Source: Woeseia sp. (GTDB lineage Bacteria > Pseudomonadota > Gammaproteobacteria > Steroidobacterales > Woeseiaceae). Taken from it: a DNA stretch of 38,201 bases. Positions 23,235 through 32,146 of this stretch are shown piece by piece (positions within the stretch are counted from its first letter, which is position 1; each line of letters begins with the position of its first letter). The notes under the pieces were generated by a model. That model was not told where the DNA came from. It searched no databases and was given only the letters and a program-made list of their open reading frames with translations. Both the position numbers and the translations under genes were made by a program. The stretch is from the NCBI GenBank assembly GCA_018701055.1, contig JABIUH010000437.1, forward strand, positions 1 to 38,201, written 5' to 3'.

Positions 23235-25139
23235 TTGCTAACGAAAGACAATTCCACTCAGGCGGTGAAGACGTTGATTAAAAGAACGAATAAATATTGG
23301 TTAGCGGTGCTGATGACGCTGCTAACGGTTCTTCCAGTATTTGCCGCTGATGTCGTCATGGAGGCACCTGACATACTCCTGACTGGAGTGGGTTTCGACG
23401 TTAACGTCGCGGGCCTTGATCCGCAAAGCACTGCCGAATTGCGGTTGAATGGTGAAGTCATCGCGACCTCATCCGACGGAAGTATTGCCGTGTTTGATAT
23501 CGTATTAAGTGACACGGGCACGGCGAATTTCGACGTAACACAAGGCGGCCATTCAGTTGTCGCGCAGGCGCTAACCATCATTCCGGGTTGGGTCTCACTC
23601 TCCCCGCCGGTGATCGCAATCCTGCTGGCGTTTCTGTTGCGATCGGTGATTCCCGCTCTATTTGTTGGCTTGTTTGTCGGCGCCTGGGCAGTGAATGGCA
23701 TGACCTGGGCTGGCGTTGTTTCCGGATTCTTTGAAACCGTCTCTATCTATATCGTCAATACGTCTATCGATCACGATCATATGACGATCATTGCATTTAC
23801 CTTCCTCATTGGCGGGATGATCGGAATCATATCGAAGAATGGCGGCATGAACGGAATCGTTAACGCCATCATGCCGTTTGCCAGTTCACCACGGCGCGGC
23901 CAGGGCGTGATTGCAACCTTAGGCCTCGCGATTTTCTTTGACGACTATTCCAATACGATGATCGTCGGTAATGCGACTCGACCAATGAGCGACAAGCTGC
24001 GAATTTCGCGCGAGAAACTTGCGTATTTGGTGGACTCAACCGCAGCGCCGGTTGCTACGGTCGCCATCATCACGACCTGGATCGGGTTTCAAGTTGGGCT
24101 TATAGACTCAGCAATTGAGGGTCTGGAAGGAATCACTGCCACACCTTATGTCCTTTTTCTAAATTCGATTGCCTACAGCTTCTATCCATTCCTCGCTCTG
24201 TTCTTCGTATTCCTCATCGTCTACACAGGCAAAGACTTCGGCCCGATGTATCACGCTGAAATACGAGCGCGTAAGAATGGCGAAGTATTGAAGGCGCCAC
24301 TAGACGGAGCGGTTGCAAAACCCAACGACGATTTCGAGCATAAAGACGGCGTGCCGTGTCGCGCACTCAACGCAATTTTACCGATCGCAACAATGATACT
24401 CACCGTCGTAGTCGGGTTGTATATCAGCGGCGAAGGCGAAACGATCACTGACATCATTGGCAGTGCTAATTCTTACGTTGTATTAATCTGGGCTTCGTTA
24501 CTCGGTTGTCTGGTGGCAGCAATCGTAACGTTGAGCCAAAGAATTTTGAGCCTAGATGAGACGGTCGAAGCATGGCTGGTCGGCGCAAAATTCATGCTGA
24601 CGGGCCTGGTGCTTTTAGTCATGGCATGGGCCGTCGCAGATGTCGCCACTGTTCTGCAAACAGCGCCTTATTTGATCAGTGTGCTGGGCGATTCGCTGTC
24701 TCCTGAAACGCTGCCAGCAATCATTTTCATGTTGGCGGCATGTACCGCGTTCGCCACTGGGTCCAGTTGGGGTGTCATGGCTATCTTGATGCCACTGGTT
24801 ATTCCGCTGTGTTGGGCCGTACTACAAAGCCATGGAATTGCTGATGCGGAGCACATGCACATTCTGTACTCGAGTATCGCTTGCGTACTAACGGGCGCGG
24901 TCTGGGCAGATCATTGCTCACCGATTTCCGACACCACGGTGCTGTCATCATTGGCGACCGGCTGTGATCACATGGATCATGTCCGAACACAACTCCCGTA
25001 CGCCCTTCTGGGCGGGGTTGCGGCCGTGTTGATTGGGATCCTGCCGGCAGGGTTCGGGCTGCCCTGGTTCTTGTTGTTACCCACCGCCGCAGTGGTGCTA
25101 GTCGTTGTGCATCGATTTCTGGCCAAGCCTACCGATTGA
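23235..25139 (+). CDS. NhaC-family membrane transporter with signal peptide plus an extra N-terminal extracytoplasmic domain of roughly 80 aa
   Basis: Polytopic region with NhaC-type segments (FFDDYSNTMIVG, AFATGSSWG, CSPISDTT). The N-terminus KRTNKYWLAVLMTLLTVLPVFA-AD is followed by a soluble beta-rich stretch. Start uncertain (TTG 23235 or GTG 23265). Confidence 0.7.
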   Translation: MLTKDNSTQAVKTLIKRTNKYWLAVLMTLLTVLPVFAADVVMEAPDILLTGVGFDVNVAGLDPQSTAELRLNGEVIATSSDGSIAVFDIVLSDTGTANFDVTQGGHSVVAQALTIIPGWVSLSPPVIAILLAFLLRSVIPALFVGLFVGAWAVNGMTWAGVVSGFFETVSIYIVNTSIDHDHMTIIAFTFLIGGMIGIISKNGGMNGIVNAIMPFASSPRRGQGVIATLGLAIFFDDYSNTMIVGNATRPMSDKLRISREKLAYLVDSTAAPVATVAIITTWIGFQVGLIDSAIEGLEGITATPYVLFLNSIAYSFYPFLALFFVFLIVYTGKDFGPMYHAEIRARKNGEVLKAPLDGAVAKPNDDFEHKDGVPCRALNAILPIATMILTVVVGLYISGEGETITDIIGSANSYVVLIWASLLGCLVAAIVTLSQRILSLDETVEAWLVGAKFMLTGLVLLVMAWAVADVATVLQTAPYLISVLGDSLSPETLPAIIFMLAACTAFATGSSWGVMAILMPLVIPLCWAVLQSHGIADAEHMHILYSSIACVLTGAVWADHCSPISDTTVLSSLATGCDHMDHVRTQLPYALLGGVAAVLIGILPAGFGLPWFLLLPTAAVVLVVVHRFLAKPTD

Positions 25140-25180
25140 ATAGGCGCTGAACCCTGGCATAGATCTGCTGTAAACGTACA

Positions 25181-25359
25181 GAAACGTTGTTAACAAATGC
25201 GGATCGTTAGTCTGATACTACTGGCGTGTTGGTTACATCCACCACGCGGGGGTACTAAAGTTTTTCCCTGCCCATCGGGTAGCCAGTAATTAGAGTAAAG
25301 ACGGATTAAGCACGCAGACCTCGTCGTGGAGGACTTGCGGACGCGAGTTCGATCCCCGC
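25181..25359 (+). pseudogene. ssrA: Internal/3' fragment of a tmRNA (ssrA) gene, lacking the 5' tRNA-like end, the tag ORF and the 3' acceptor strand/CCA
   Basis: 25295-25359 (GTAAAGACGGATTAAGCACGCAGACCTCGTCGTGGAGGACTTGCGGACGCGAGTTCGATCCCCGC) is colinear with the E. coli tmRNA 3' region recalled from memory (GTAAAGACTGACTAAGCATGTAGTACCGAGGATGTAGGAATTTCGGACGCGGGTTCAACTCCCGC). Weaker colinearity extends upstream (CTGGCGTGT, GAAACGTT). After the T-arm the sequence reads ATTTTGGATGA instead of a CAGCTCCACCA-type acceptor. The T-stem has one mismatch. No GGGGCTGA-type 5' end or tag ORF is found upstream, where the NhaC-type transporter gene ends at 25139. Confidence 0.65.
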
Positions 25360-25513
25360 ATTTTGGATGATTCGGACGCCCAGGGACTCTCGCGTAATGC
25401 GTCTCAGTATGATTTATCTTCGGCGCGATCGTCGCTTTGCCTTACCGCCGGATTAATGACTTTCGGACGTGCCGGGCGGCTGAAAAGCGTGCGCGTAAAA
25501 CATACATATTTGT

Positions 25514-25542
25514 TTGACACTTACTAAAACATTATTTATTTT
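25514..25542 (+). promoter_or_regulatory. Candidate sigma70 promoter: TTGACA, 17-bp spacer, TATTTT
   Basis: Hexamers read directly at 25514-25519 and 25537-25542, in an AT-rich stretch about 30 bp upstream of the peptidase ATG at 25571. Confidence 0.4.
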
Positions 25543-25570
25543 CACTTAGCCGAATTTGGAATTATTTATA

Positions 25571-27526
25571 ATGAAATGGCCTGGAATATTTCTCTGCGTA
25601 CTCTCTCTTCTTGCCACGCGCGATGCACAAACCTCAATCATTGAGGATCTGGCTCGAAACGCCGAGATTCTGAGCGCCAAGATCTCCCCCCAAGGTGACT
25701 ATCTTGGTGTCCTGAGGATAGCGGACGACAAGCGATCACTTGTGATCTTCTCTTTTCCAGGAATGAAGTTCTCAAGCCAGTTGAGTTTTCCCGATCGCGA
25801 TGAGGTTGGCAATTTCTGGTGGGTCAATGATGAGCGGATCGTTGCATCCGTTATTCAGCAGTCAGCCTATCTCGAGGGCGGCAGATCAACCGGCGAGCTG
25901 TTTGGGATGAATGCGGATGGCAAGAAAAAACAGTATTTGTTCGGATACCGAGCTGGGATCAACAATAGATCGAGTCGTATAAGGGAAAAAATCGAGACGG
26001 AGTACGCCAGCGCTACCATTATGGATCGACTGCCAGCTCATCCCAACGAGATGTTGGTCGGCATACGTCAGTGGACCAGCGGTTTCAGTAGTCATGTCGA
26101 ATCTGACTGGTTGGATGTCTACTCTGGCAGACGATCAAATAAAGTCCTGGCCGCCACCCCAAACGCACAACTCGTCGCCGATAAAGACGGTGAGATCTGA
26201 TTTAGTTTTCACACCGATGATGATCAAAACTTCGTTATTCACAGCCGAGATCCCGAGGACGGCACCTGGGCAGAATTTTCGAATACCCCGTACGGTGATG
26301 CCCAGACGACCCCGATAACCTCGCTCGAAGATAATAGCGTGCTCGTGAGGCATTCACCTGATGGAGGACCCTATGGGGTCTATAGGATGAACCCCGAAAA
26401 TGGATCGTTTAAAGAAATTTTTCGCCATGAATATGTTGATGCCGGAGTAGAAGCGGATGACGAGGGCACTCCGTTCGGCATCTATACAACGCCTGGCAGA
26501 ATTGAATTCACCGCATTGGACGAGAATCATCCGTGGTCGAGAGCAGTACAGGCTTTACAAAGGGTATTCCCCGATGGATCAGTCCGAGTAACCAGTTCTA
26601 CAGAAGATAACCGGCTTATGGTGGTTCATCTCAGGCAGGACACCAAGACCCCTGAATACTTCCTGTTTGACACTCAGAAAAACAATCTGAACAGCCTTTT
26701 CGATTCAAGACCCTGGGTGGATGATTCTAAGTTAGCCTCGATGGAGCCCATTAAATTGACTGCGAGGGACGGACTCGAACTACACGGTTATTTGACCCTG
26801 CCCGTCGCCAGTAACGGCAAGAATGAACCACTGATTATCGTACCTCACGGTGGCCCGCACGGACCGCGCGACAGGTGGGGATATCAGTGGTTTGAAGGGT
26901 TCATACTGGCCGGCGGCTACGCGATGTTGCAGGTCAATTTTCGCGGTTCGGGTGGCTATGGACCTAAGTTTGAGCGTCTCGGTCACGGTGAGTGGGCGAA
27001 GAAAGTGCAGGACGATCTAACGGATTCCGTACGGTGGGCTGTTGATCAAGGAATTGCGGATCCCGATCGAATCTGTATTTTTGGTTGGAGCTATGGGGGC
27101 TTTGCCGCGGTGATGAGTATCGCCAAGGAACCCGACCTCTACAAATGTAGCGTGTCTGGCGCAGGGGTTTATGACCAAAATATCCAATACAACGAAGCCG
27201 ACTTCGCAACAAACACTCGATGGGGTAAGAGATACGTTGACAAGGTGATCGGGCCCAACGAGGAAGACAGGAGACTGGCATCACCCACTACGTATGTTGA
27301 AAGCATCAAGACTCCTCTGTTATTGATTCACGGTGAAGAAGATGCACGCGTGCCCATCGATCACGCTCGGGCACTCCAAAGGGCTATGGAAAACGCGGGA
27401 AAACCCAGGCCGCGATTGATTCAGCTCGAAAACGAAGAACACACGCCGCGAAATGAGAAAAACAAGGAAGAAATGTTTCGCGAAACGCTTGCGTTTTTCG
27501 ACAAGTATATAGGGACGAAACCTTAG
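25571..27526 (+). pseudogene. S9 prolyl-oligopeptidase / dipeptidyl-aminopeptidase family serine peptidase, interrupted by one in-frame TGA
   Basis: ORFs 25556-26200 and 26339-27526 share one frame, and the 138 nt between them contain no further stop. The only interruption is TGA at 26198-26200. Signal peptide MKWPGIFLCVLSLLA. C-terminal catalytic domain with GWSYGG (nucleophile Ser), PLLLIHGEEDARVP and EEH. Confidence 0.8.
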
Positions 27527-27528
27527 TT

Positions 27529-27545
27529 TTCCTCGAAGCGAGGAA
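27529..27545. terminator. Short hairpin (TTCCTCG-AAG-CGAGGAA) between convergent genes
   Basis: 7-bp perfect stem read directly. There is no clear U-tract, so terminator function is uncertain. Confidence 0.2.
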
Positions 27546-27586
27546 TCGGTAAGCAGTTGATTTGCCGAGCGACTTCCATGGCCCAA

Positions 27587-28405
27587 TTAGAATTCGAATT
27601 TGAATCCAACCTGAATCTTATACACGGATGGCAGTGCGTAGAAGTTTTCGGGATTGATGCCGTCCCAGAAATCGTCAATGGAACCATAGACGTACTGGCC
27701 ATTAGTATTTAGGGAAACCGAATCAACTGCGGTGAAGCTGAACGGGAAAGAGACTTGTTCCACGCGGCCCCAGTCATCATTTAACAGGTTGCCGAGGTTC
27801 TCAATGTCGAGATACAAGTTGAGTCTCGATTGCCCGATGGCAGGTATGTCGAACAGGCTGATTTCCTGCTGGATGCGAATATTGACTCGAGAACGACTCG
27901 ACGTCGTATCGTGGTTTCGCGGTGTTATCTGACCGCGGAAACCCTCGAGTCCGGCCACAGCGACAAAACTATTGAAGCTCGCTTCCAGTGCAGAATCGTT
28001 GCTCAGGGAGCCCGGCGTGTTACTGAAGATTACGTTCGGGTCACCCATCGTCGGCACATACATCAGCTGGCTGTCAAACTGCGCGAATGCTCTATTGCCA
28101 CCGCATACGGACGAAGGAGGGAATATGCCCTCCCGCATCGTGTAACTGAAGGGCCTGCCGCTGCGATATTCGAAGAACATGCTCACCCGAGTCATGTTGT
28201 CACCGAACAAATCCTTGCTCCAGTCGAGCGTGCCATTGACACGGTTCTTGACCAGGAAGTCGGAATTACTGAGGGCCCGACCGTTGCGATCAAACGTGGC
28301 CGGGGTGCCGTAGTTCGCGCTGACAAAAGAAGCTTGTGCCGGGTTCACGTCCTTCGCATCCATGTAAGTGTAGTGCAAAGTCATGCCGAACAGACCTACG
28401 TTTGT
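27587..28405 (-). pseudogene. C-terminal stump (about 270 aa) of a TonB-dependent outer-membrane receptor
   Basis: Ends in the typical C-terminal beta-strand ...YKIQVGFKFEF with terminal Phe. Alternating beta-barrel pattern. No plug domain, TonB box or signal peptide. The upstream end runs into IS3-derived sequence, and the boundary is approximate. Confidence 0.7.
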
Positions 28406-28560
28406 ATCCCACGCCTTCTTCACTCGCACGCATCAACGCTTCGCGTTTGAACTCAGGGCTATATCGTTTATAGCGCTTCTTCTTCGTCATAAGACACCTC
28501 CACACGCATTATCGCGCACATTTAAAGGTGTCCACCAAACCGAGGCAAGACCAGAACACG
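28406..28560 (-). mobile_element. IS3-family remnant: putative left end plus the first ~27 codons of orfA
   Basis: ATG at 28488-28490 opens MTKKKRYKRYSPEFKREALMRASEEGV, the conserved IS3/IS911 OrfA N-terminus. Upstream of it (minus-strand sense) is a GGTGGACAC-containing segment resembling IS3-family terminal repeats. The rest of the IS is missing. Both boundaries are approximate. Confidence 0.6.
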
Positions 28561-28792
28561 CTTAGCGCCTTCATCAAGAGTACCGATCAACCATGCAATC
28601 GGCCTCGTATCCTGCATCAAAGCGGTTCCGATACCGCACACTACTGCACGCGTATCTTCGCGAGGCAGTCGCAGCTCGGGCGTCAGGTTAGTGTGATCAA
28701 AATGTTACGTGAGACAGCCAAAGAATTGCCTTTAAGGTCATGGCAAACACTACTAGTCTCAAGCATCAGATCTGCTACCTCTCGAACTACCG

Positions 28793-29743
28793 ATGAACGA
28801 GTCAACGAAAATAACAGGTAGAGAGTTTCGTCAAGCGCTGGGTACGTTTGCGACCGGTGTCACTGTCGTCACAACCACCGATTCCAACGGGCTTCCACGT
28901 GGCTTTACGGCCAACTCGTTTACGTCGGTCTCATTAGAGCCACCATTGATCTTGGTTTGTCTTGCCAGCGATGCGGCGACCTGCCCTGTCTTCACGGACA
29001 GCGGCTTTTTCAATGTGAACGTGCTGGCTGAGAATCAGCAAGATGTTGCCTCGATATTTGCCTCACCAGGAGATAAGCGTTTCGATAAAGTCACATGGTC
29101 CATTGGCGAAAACGGTCGACCGATTCTCGACGACACGATTTCGCGATTCGAATGCCAGACCAGTGAAGTCTATGAAGCGGGTGACCACGTTATTTTGCTG
29201 GGCAGAGTGACTGACTACAATTTCTCCAGCCGCAGTCCTTTGGTGTACTGCCGCGGCTCCTATGTCGAGTTCGGGCTTCTGCAACGCGCAATGGAAGCGG
29301 CCAGCAGCGGCAGACTTACGCGAATATCGGCCATTGTTGATTGTGGGGGCTCAATCCTGCTGGCCAAAGACGAAGCCTCCAAAACTTTGGCATTGCCCTC
29401 AGCGCCCCACGTTGGCGTGGCAGAGGAAGACGAATCGCTTATTGGCAAGCTTGCTGCGAGTGGAGTTGAAGTCGAGACGACCTTCGTTTGCTCCGTTTAC
29501 GAAGATACTGCAACCAAAACCAACAACATTGTTTATCGCGGCATCGCGACCAAAGTAGACAAAGCGGCAATTCACGACTACGACCTGGTTGCCCTGGACG
29601 ATATCCCCTGGGATCAATTGTGCGATGACCCACTACGCATGCTGCTTACCCGTTACATAGAAGAAACAGAGGTAGATGCTTTTGGCGTTTACGTAGGCGA
29701 CAACGTGCATGGTGAAGTCCATAAGTTGCGCGCCAGATCCTAA
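28793..29743 (+). CDS. Flavin reductase (FMN-binding split-barrel) fused to a C-terminal Nudix-like domain with a degenerate Nudix box
   Basis: The N-terminal ~165 aa (FRQALGTFATGVTVVTT...GFTANSFTSVSLEPPLILVCL...GDHVILLGRV) are typical of NAD(P)H-flavin reductases of two-component monooxygenases. Residues ~170-316 (RISAIVDCGGSILLAK...LALPSAPHVGVAEEDESLIGKLAASGVEVE...DIPW) follow a Nudix-fold pattern but lack the REUXEE glutamates. Confidence 0.75.
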   Translation: MNESTKITGREFRQALGTFATGVTVVTTTDSNGLPRGFTANSFTSVSLEPPLILVCLASDAATCPVFTDSGFFNVNVLAENQQDVASIFASPGDKRFDKVTWSIGENGRPILDDTISRFECQTSEVYEAGDHVILLGRVTDYNFSSRSPLVYCRGSYVEFGLLQRAMEAASSGRLTRISAIVDCGGSILLAKDEASKTLALPSAPHVGVAEEDESLIGKLAASGVEVETTFVCSVYEDTATKTNNIVYRGIATKVDKAAIHDYDLVALDDIPWDQLCDDPLRMLLTRYIEETEVDAFGVYVGDNVHGEVHKLRARS

Positions 29744-29777
29744 TTTAACGAACACAGAACGACATGAAGGAACACGA

Positions 29778-30917
29778 ATGAGAATCGGCTATTTTTGCAA
29801 TATGACCAACTGGTCGCACAAGGCTTACGATGTGTTGATCGATGAAGTGCGTGAGATTGGCGTCCATTGTGACGAAACAGGATGGGACTCCATCTGGTTT
29901 ACTGAGCACCACTTGAACCATGAAGGAATGGACGCTTGCCCGAACCCGTTGTTGTTCGGCGCCGACATGGCCGCACGCACGAAGCAAATTCGAATCGGTC
30001 AGGCAGCGAACATCATTCCGTTCTGGAACCCACTCCGCGTTGCGGAAGACATCGCCGTGCTCGATCACATGTGCAAGGGGCGTCTTGAGGTCGGCATGGG
30101 CCGTGGCGTATACGGCCGCGAAGCAATCCACATGAACCCTAAAGCCGATCTCAATGACCAAGCGAAAAATTTTCGCTTGTTTAACGAGTCGCTGGAAATC
30201 ATGAAGAAAGCCTGGACTGAGGATTTATTTAGTCACGACGGGGAGTTCTACGCCTACCCAGCGAAGGACTTCGTGTGGAAGCACGACATGAGCCCCCCTG
30301 ACCCCAGCTTCATGGATATGGAAACCAACACTCTGACGAAAATCGGTGTCGTGCCAAAACCATATCAAAAACCTCACCCACCCCTTTGGCAGGTTGTTGA
30401 CGGACACCGATCAATCGATTGGGCGGGACGAAATGGTTTGAATTGCATCATGTGGATACCCACGGTCAAGGCGCTCAAAGAGCGTTTCGAGGTTTATCAA
30501 ACAGCGCGTTCTGAAACAGAAGGACGAGATGTTCCACTAGGTGAAGGGATTTCCTTGGTACGCGATATGTTTGTCGCTGATTCGATGGACGAAGCGCGCG
30601 AAAAAGCAGCGGAAGGAATCATGACCTACATACGTTGGATCGCGCATTGGCGCGGCTTGGGTAATCACATGAATCCGGGTGAAGAACTACCGGAAACACC
30701 GGGTAAGCTGGATCTGTTGGACTACGACTTCCTGCATCCACGCAATCTACTCTTCGGCACACCCGACTACGTTGCCGAAAAAATTGATGAGCTCAAAACC
30801 GAACTCAATTTGCAGCATTTACAGGTATGGTCGAACTTCCCCGGCATGAATCATGACGACGTGATGCAGAGTGTTCGATTATTCTCCGAAAAAGTCTTAC
30901 CTCAATTCGCCGACTAG
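29778..30917 (+). CDS. Luciferase-like (LLM class) flavin-dependent monooxygenase
   Basis: WFTEHH, RIGQAANIIPFWNPLRVAEDIAVLDHMCKGRLEVGMGRG and a length of ~380 aa. Start ATG 29778 is preceded by GAAGGA. The ORF-track start at 29709 overlaps the upstream gene. Confidence 0.85.
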   Translation: MRIGYFCNMTNWSHKAYDVLIDEVREIGVHCDETGWDSIWFTEHHLNHEGMDACPNPLLFGADMAARTKQIRIGQAANIIPFWNPLRVAEDIAVLDHMCKGRLEVGMGRGVYGREAIHMNPKADLNDQAKNFRLFNESLEIMKKAWTEDLFSHDGEFYAYPAKDFVWKHDMSPPDPSFMDMETNTLTKIGVVPKPYQKPHPPLWQVVDGHRSIDWAGRNGLNCIMWIPTVKALKERFEVYQTARSETEGRDVPLGEGISLVRDMFVADSMDEAREKAAEGIMTYIRWIAHWRGLGNHMNPGEELPETPGKLDLLDYDFLHPRNLLFGTPDYVAEKIDELKTELNLQHLQVWSNFPGMNHDDVMQSVRLFSEKVLPQFAD

Positions 30918-30938
30918 AGGACGGATCGGAATGCATCG

Positions 30939-31715
30939 GTGACAACCGCTTATGATGTTTCGGGCACTGGCCCTACGGTCATCCTCGTGCATGGCCTTGG
31001 CCTGAATCGAAATATGTGGTGCTGGCAGCGCGAGGCCTTGGCGGCCGATCATCAAGTCATTCAATACGATCTACTCGGTCACGGCGAAAGCGCGAAGCCA
31101 ACGGGCCTTTATTCAATGGAGCGTATGGTCGAGCAGATCGCCGAGTTAATGGCTGCATTAAACATTCCGAAGGCCACATTGATCGGGTTCTCCCTTGGTG
31201 GTTTGATCGTTCGTGCTTTCGCGTTGGCACATGCTGATAAAACCCAAGCCCTGGTGATACTCAACTCCGCGCATGCAAGAACTCGTCCGCAGCGAAATGC
31301 GATTTTAGAGCGAGTAAAGCAAGCAGAGGAAGACGGCCCAGGCGCCACAATCGACGCCGCGTTGGTGCGATGGTTCAGCGAAGATTTTAGCAGACAAAAC
31401 CCACGCGTATTGGATCAGGTGCGAACCTGGGTAACGCAGAACGATGTGGACGCCTATCCTGCCGCGTATCGTTTATTAGCCAATGGCGATATTGGTCTGG
31501 AGAAAACGATTGCTGCCATTGAGTGCCCAACCTTAATAATGACCGGCGAGGAAGACTTCGGAAACTCGCCCGAAATGGCAGGTCAGATGGGGGCCATTAT
31601 GCCGAACGCTAAAGTTGCGATTTTGCCAGGTCTGCGGCACATGGCGCTGGCGGAGAACCCTGAGATGGTTAATTCAATACTCTTGGAATTCCTTGGGCAC
31701 CATTCGACCGTTTGA
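30939..31715 (+). CDS. Alpha/beta hydrolase, 3-oxoadipate enol-lactonase (PcaD) / RutD-like
   Basis: VILVHGLG...W, nucleophile elbow GFSLGG, PTLIMTGEEDF and a catalytic His in LRHMALAENPE. GTG start. Confidence 0.8.
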   Translation: MTTAYDVSGTGPTVILVHGLGLNRNMWCWQREALAADHQVIQYDLLGHGESAKPTGLYSMERMVEQIAELMAALNIPKATLIGFSLGGLIVRAFALAHADKTQALVILNSAHARTRPQRNAILERVKQAEEDGPGATIDAALVRWFSEDFSRQNPRVLDQVRTWVTQNDVDAYPAAYRLLANGDIGLEKTIAAIECPTLIMTGEEDFGNSPEMAGQMGAIMPNAKVAILPGLRHMALAENPEMVNSILLEFLGHHSTV

Positions 31716-31740
31716 TCACCGCGTAATTTAGGAACTAACT

Positions 31741-32127
31741 ATGGCGAGCAACAAAGAAATCATTGGTGAACCGCTGGTAATCGGCGGAAGGACACTCTCA
31801 CTTTCACGTGCCGTACGCGCTGGCGATATGATCTACCTAACTGGGCAGATACCGATGCAAGATGGCGCACCAATGACCGACGGCAGCATTGAGGATCAGA
31901 CTCGAAGCTGCATCGAGAATATTCGGGCAACGCTGCAGTTGACGGGTTGCGATCTCGACAATATCGTTAAGACGACCGTATGGCTGAAAGATCGCGCCGA
32001 CTTTCCTGGCTTCGACAAGACCTACGGTGAATATTTCAGCGATGCGCCACCCGCCAGAACCGGTCTGGTAGGTGAGTTTCTGGTCGACATCAAAGTCGAA
32101 ATTGAATGCATAGCGTACGCAGGCTAA
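31741..32127 (+). CDS. RidA/YjgF/RutC-family (reactive enamine/imine deaminase fold) protein
   Basis: 128 aa with IYLTGQIP, QTRSCIENIRATL, VKTTVWL and ARTG...VEIECIA. Confidence 0.85.
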   Translation: MASNKEIIGEPLVIGGRTLSLSRAVRAGDMIYLTGQIPMQDGAPMTDGSIEDQTRSCIENIRATLQLTGCDLDNIVKTTVWLKDRADFPGFDKTYGEYFSDAPPARTGLVGEFLVDIKVEIECIAYAG

Positions 32128-32146
32128 CAAAAGACGAGACAAGCAC

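Noticed and set aside
25337-25370. tRNA gene suggested by a GTTCGATCC T-loop-like sequence
   Set aside because: There is no acceptor stem, D-arm or anticodon arm around it. The upstream sequence is colinear with tmRNA rather than any tRNA, so it is treated as part of the ssrA remnant.
26198-26240. In-frame TGA as a selenocysteine codon
   Set aside because: A weak AU-rich inverted repeat (AGTTTT...AAAACT) follows the TGA. It has only 6 bp and a 16-nt loop, unlike known bacterial SECIS elements. The protein context (a beta-propeller region of a serine peptidase with no redox Cys motif) gives no reason for Sec. A nonsense mutation from CGA is simpler.
28290-28505. 71-codon ORF as an intact gene
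   Set aside because: It is a chimera. Only the first ~27 codons after the internal ATG (28490) look like IS3 OrfA, and the rest is an out-of-frame reading of the TonB-dependent receptor stump.
28561-28696. Open minus-strand frame lacking an early start codon (...LRLPREDTRAVVCGIGTALMQDTRPIAWLIGTLDEGAKR) abutting the IS3 end
   Set aside because: It could be a relic of a gene disrupted by the IS3 insertion. It is too short and has no diagnostic motif, so no family can be assigned.
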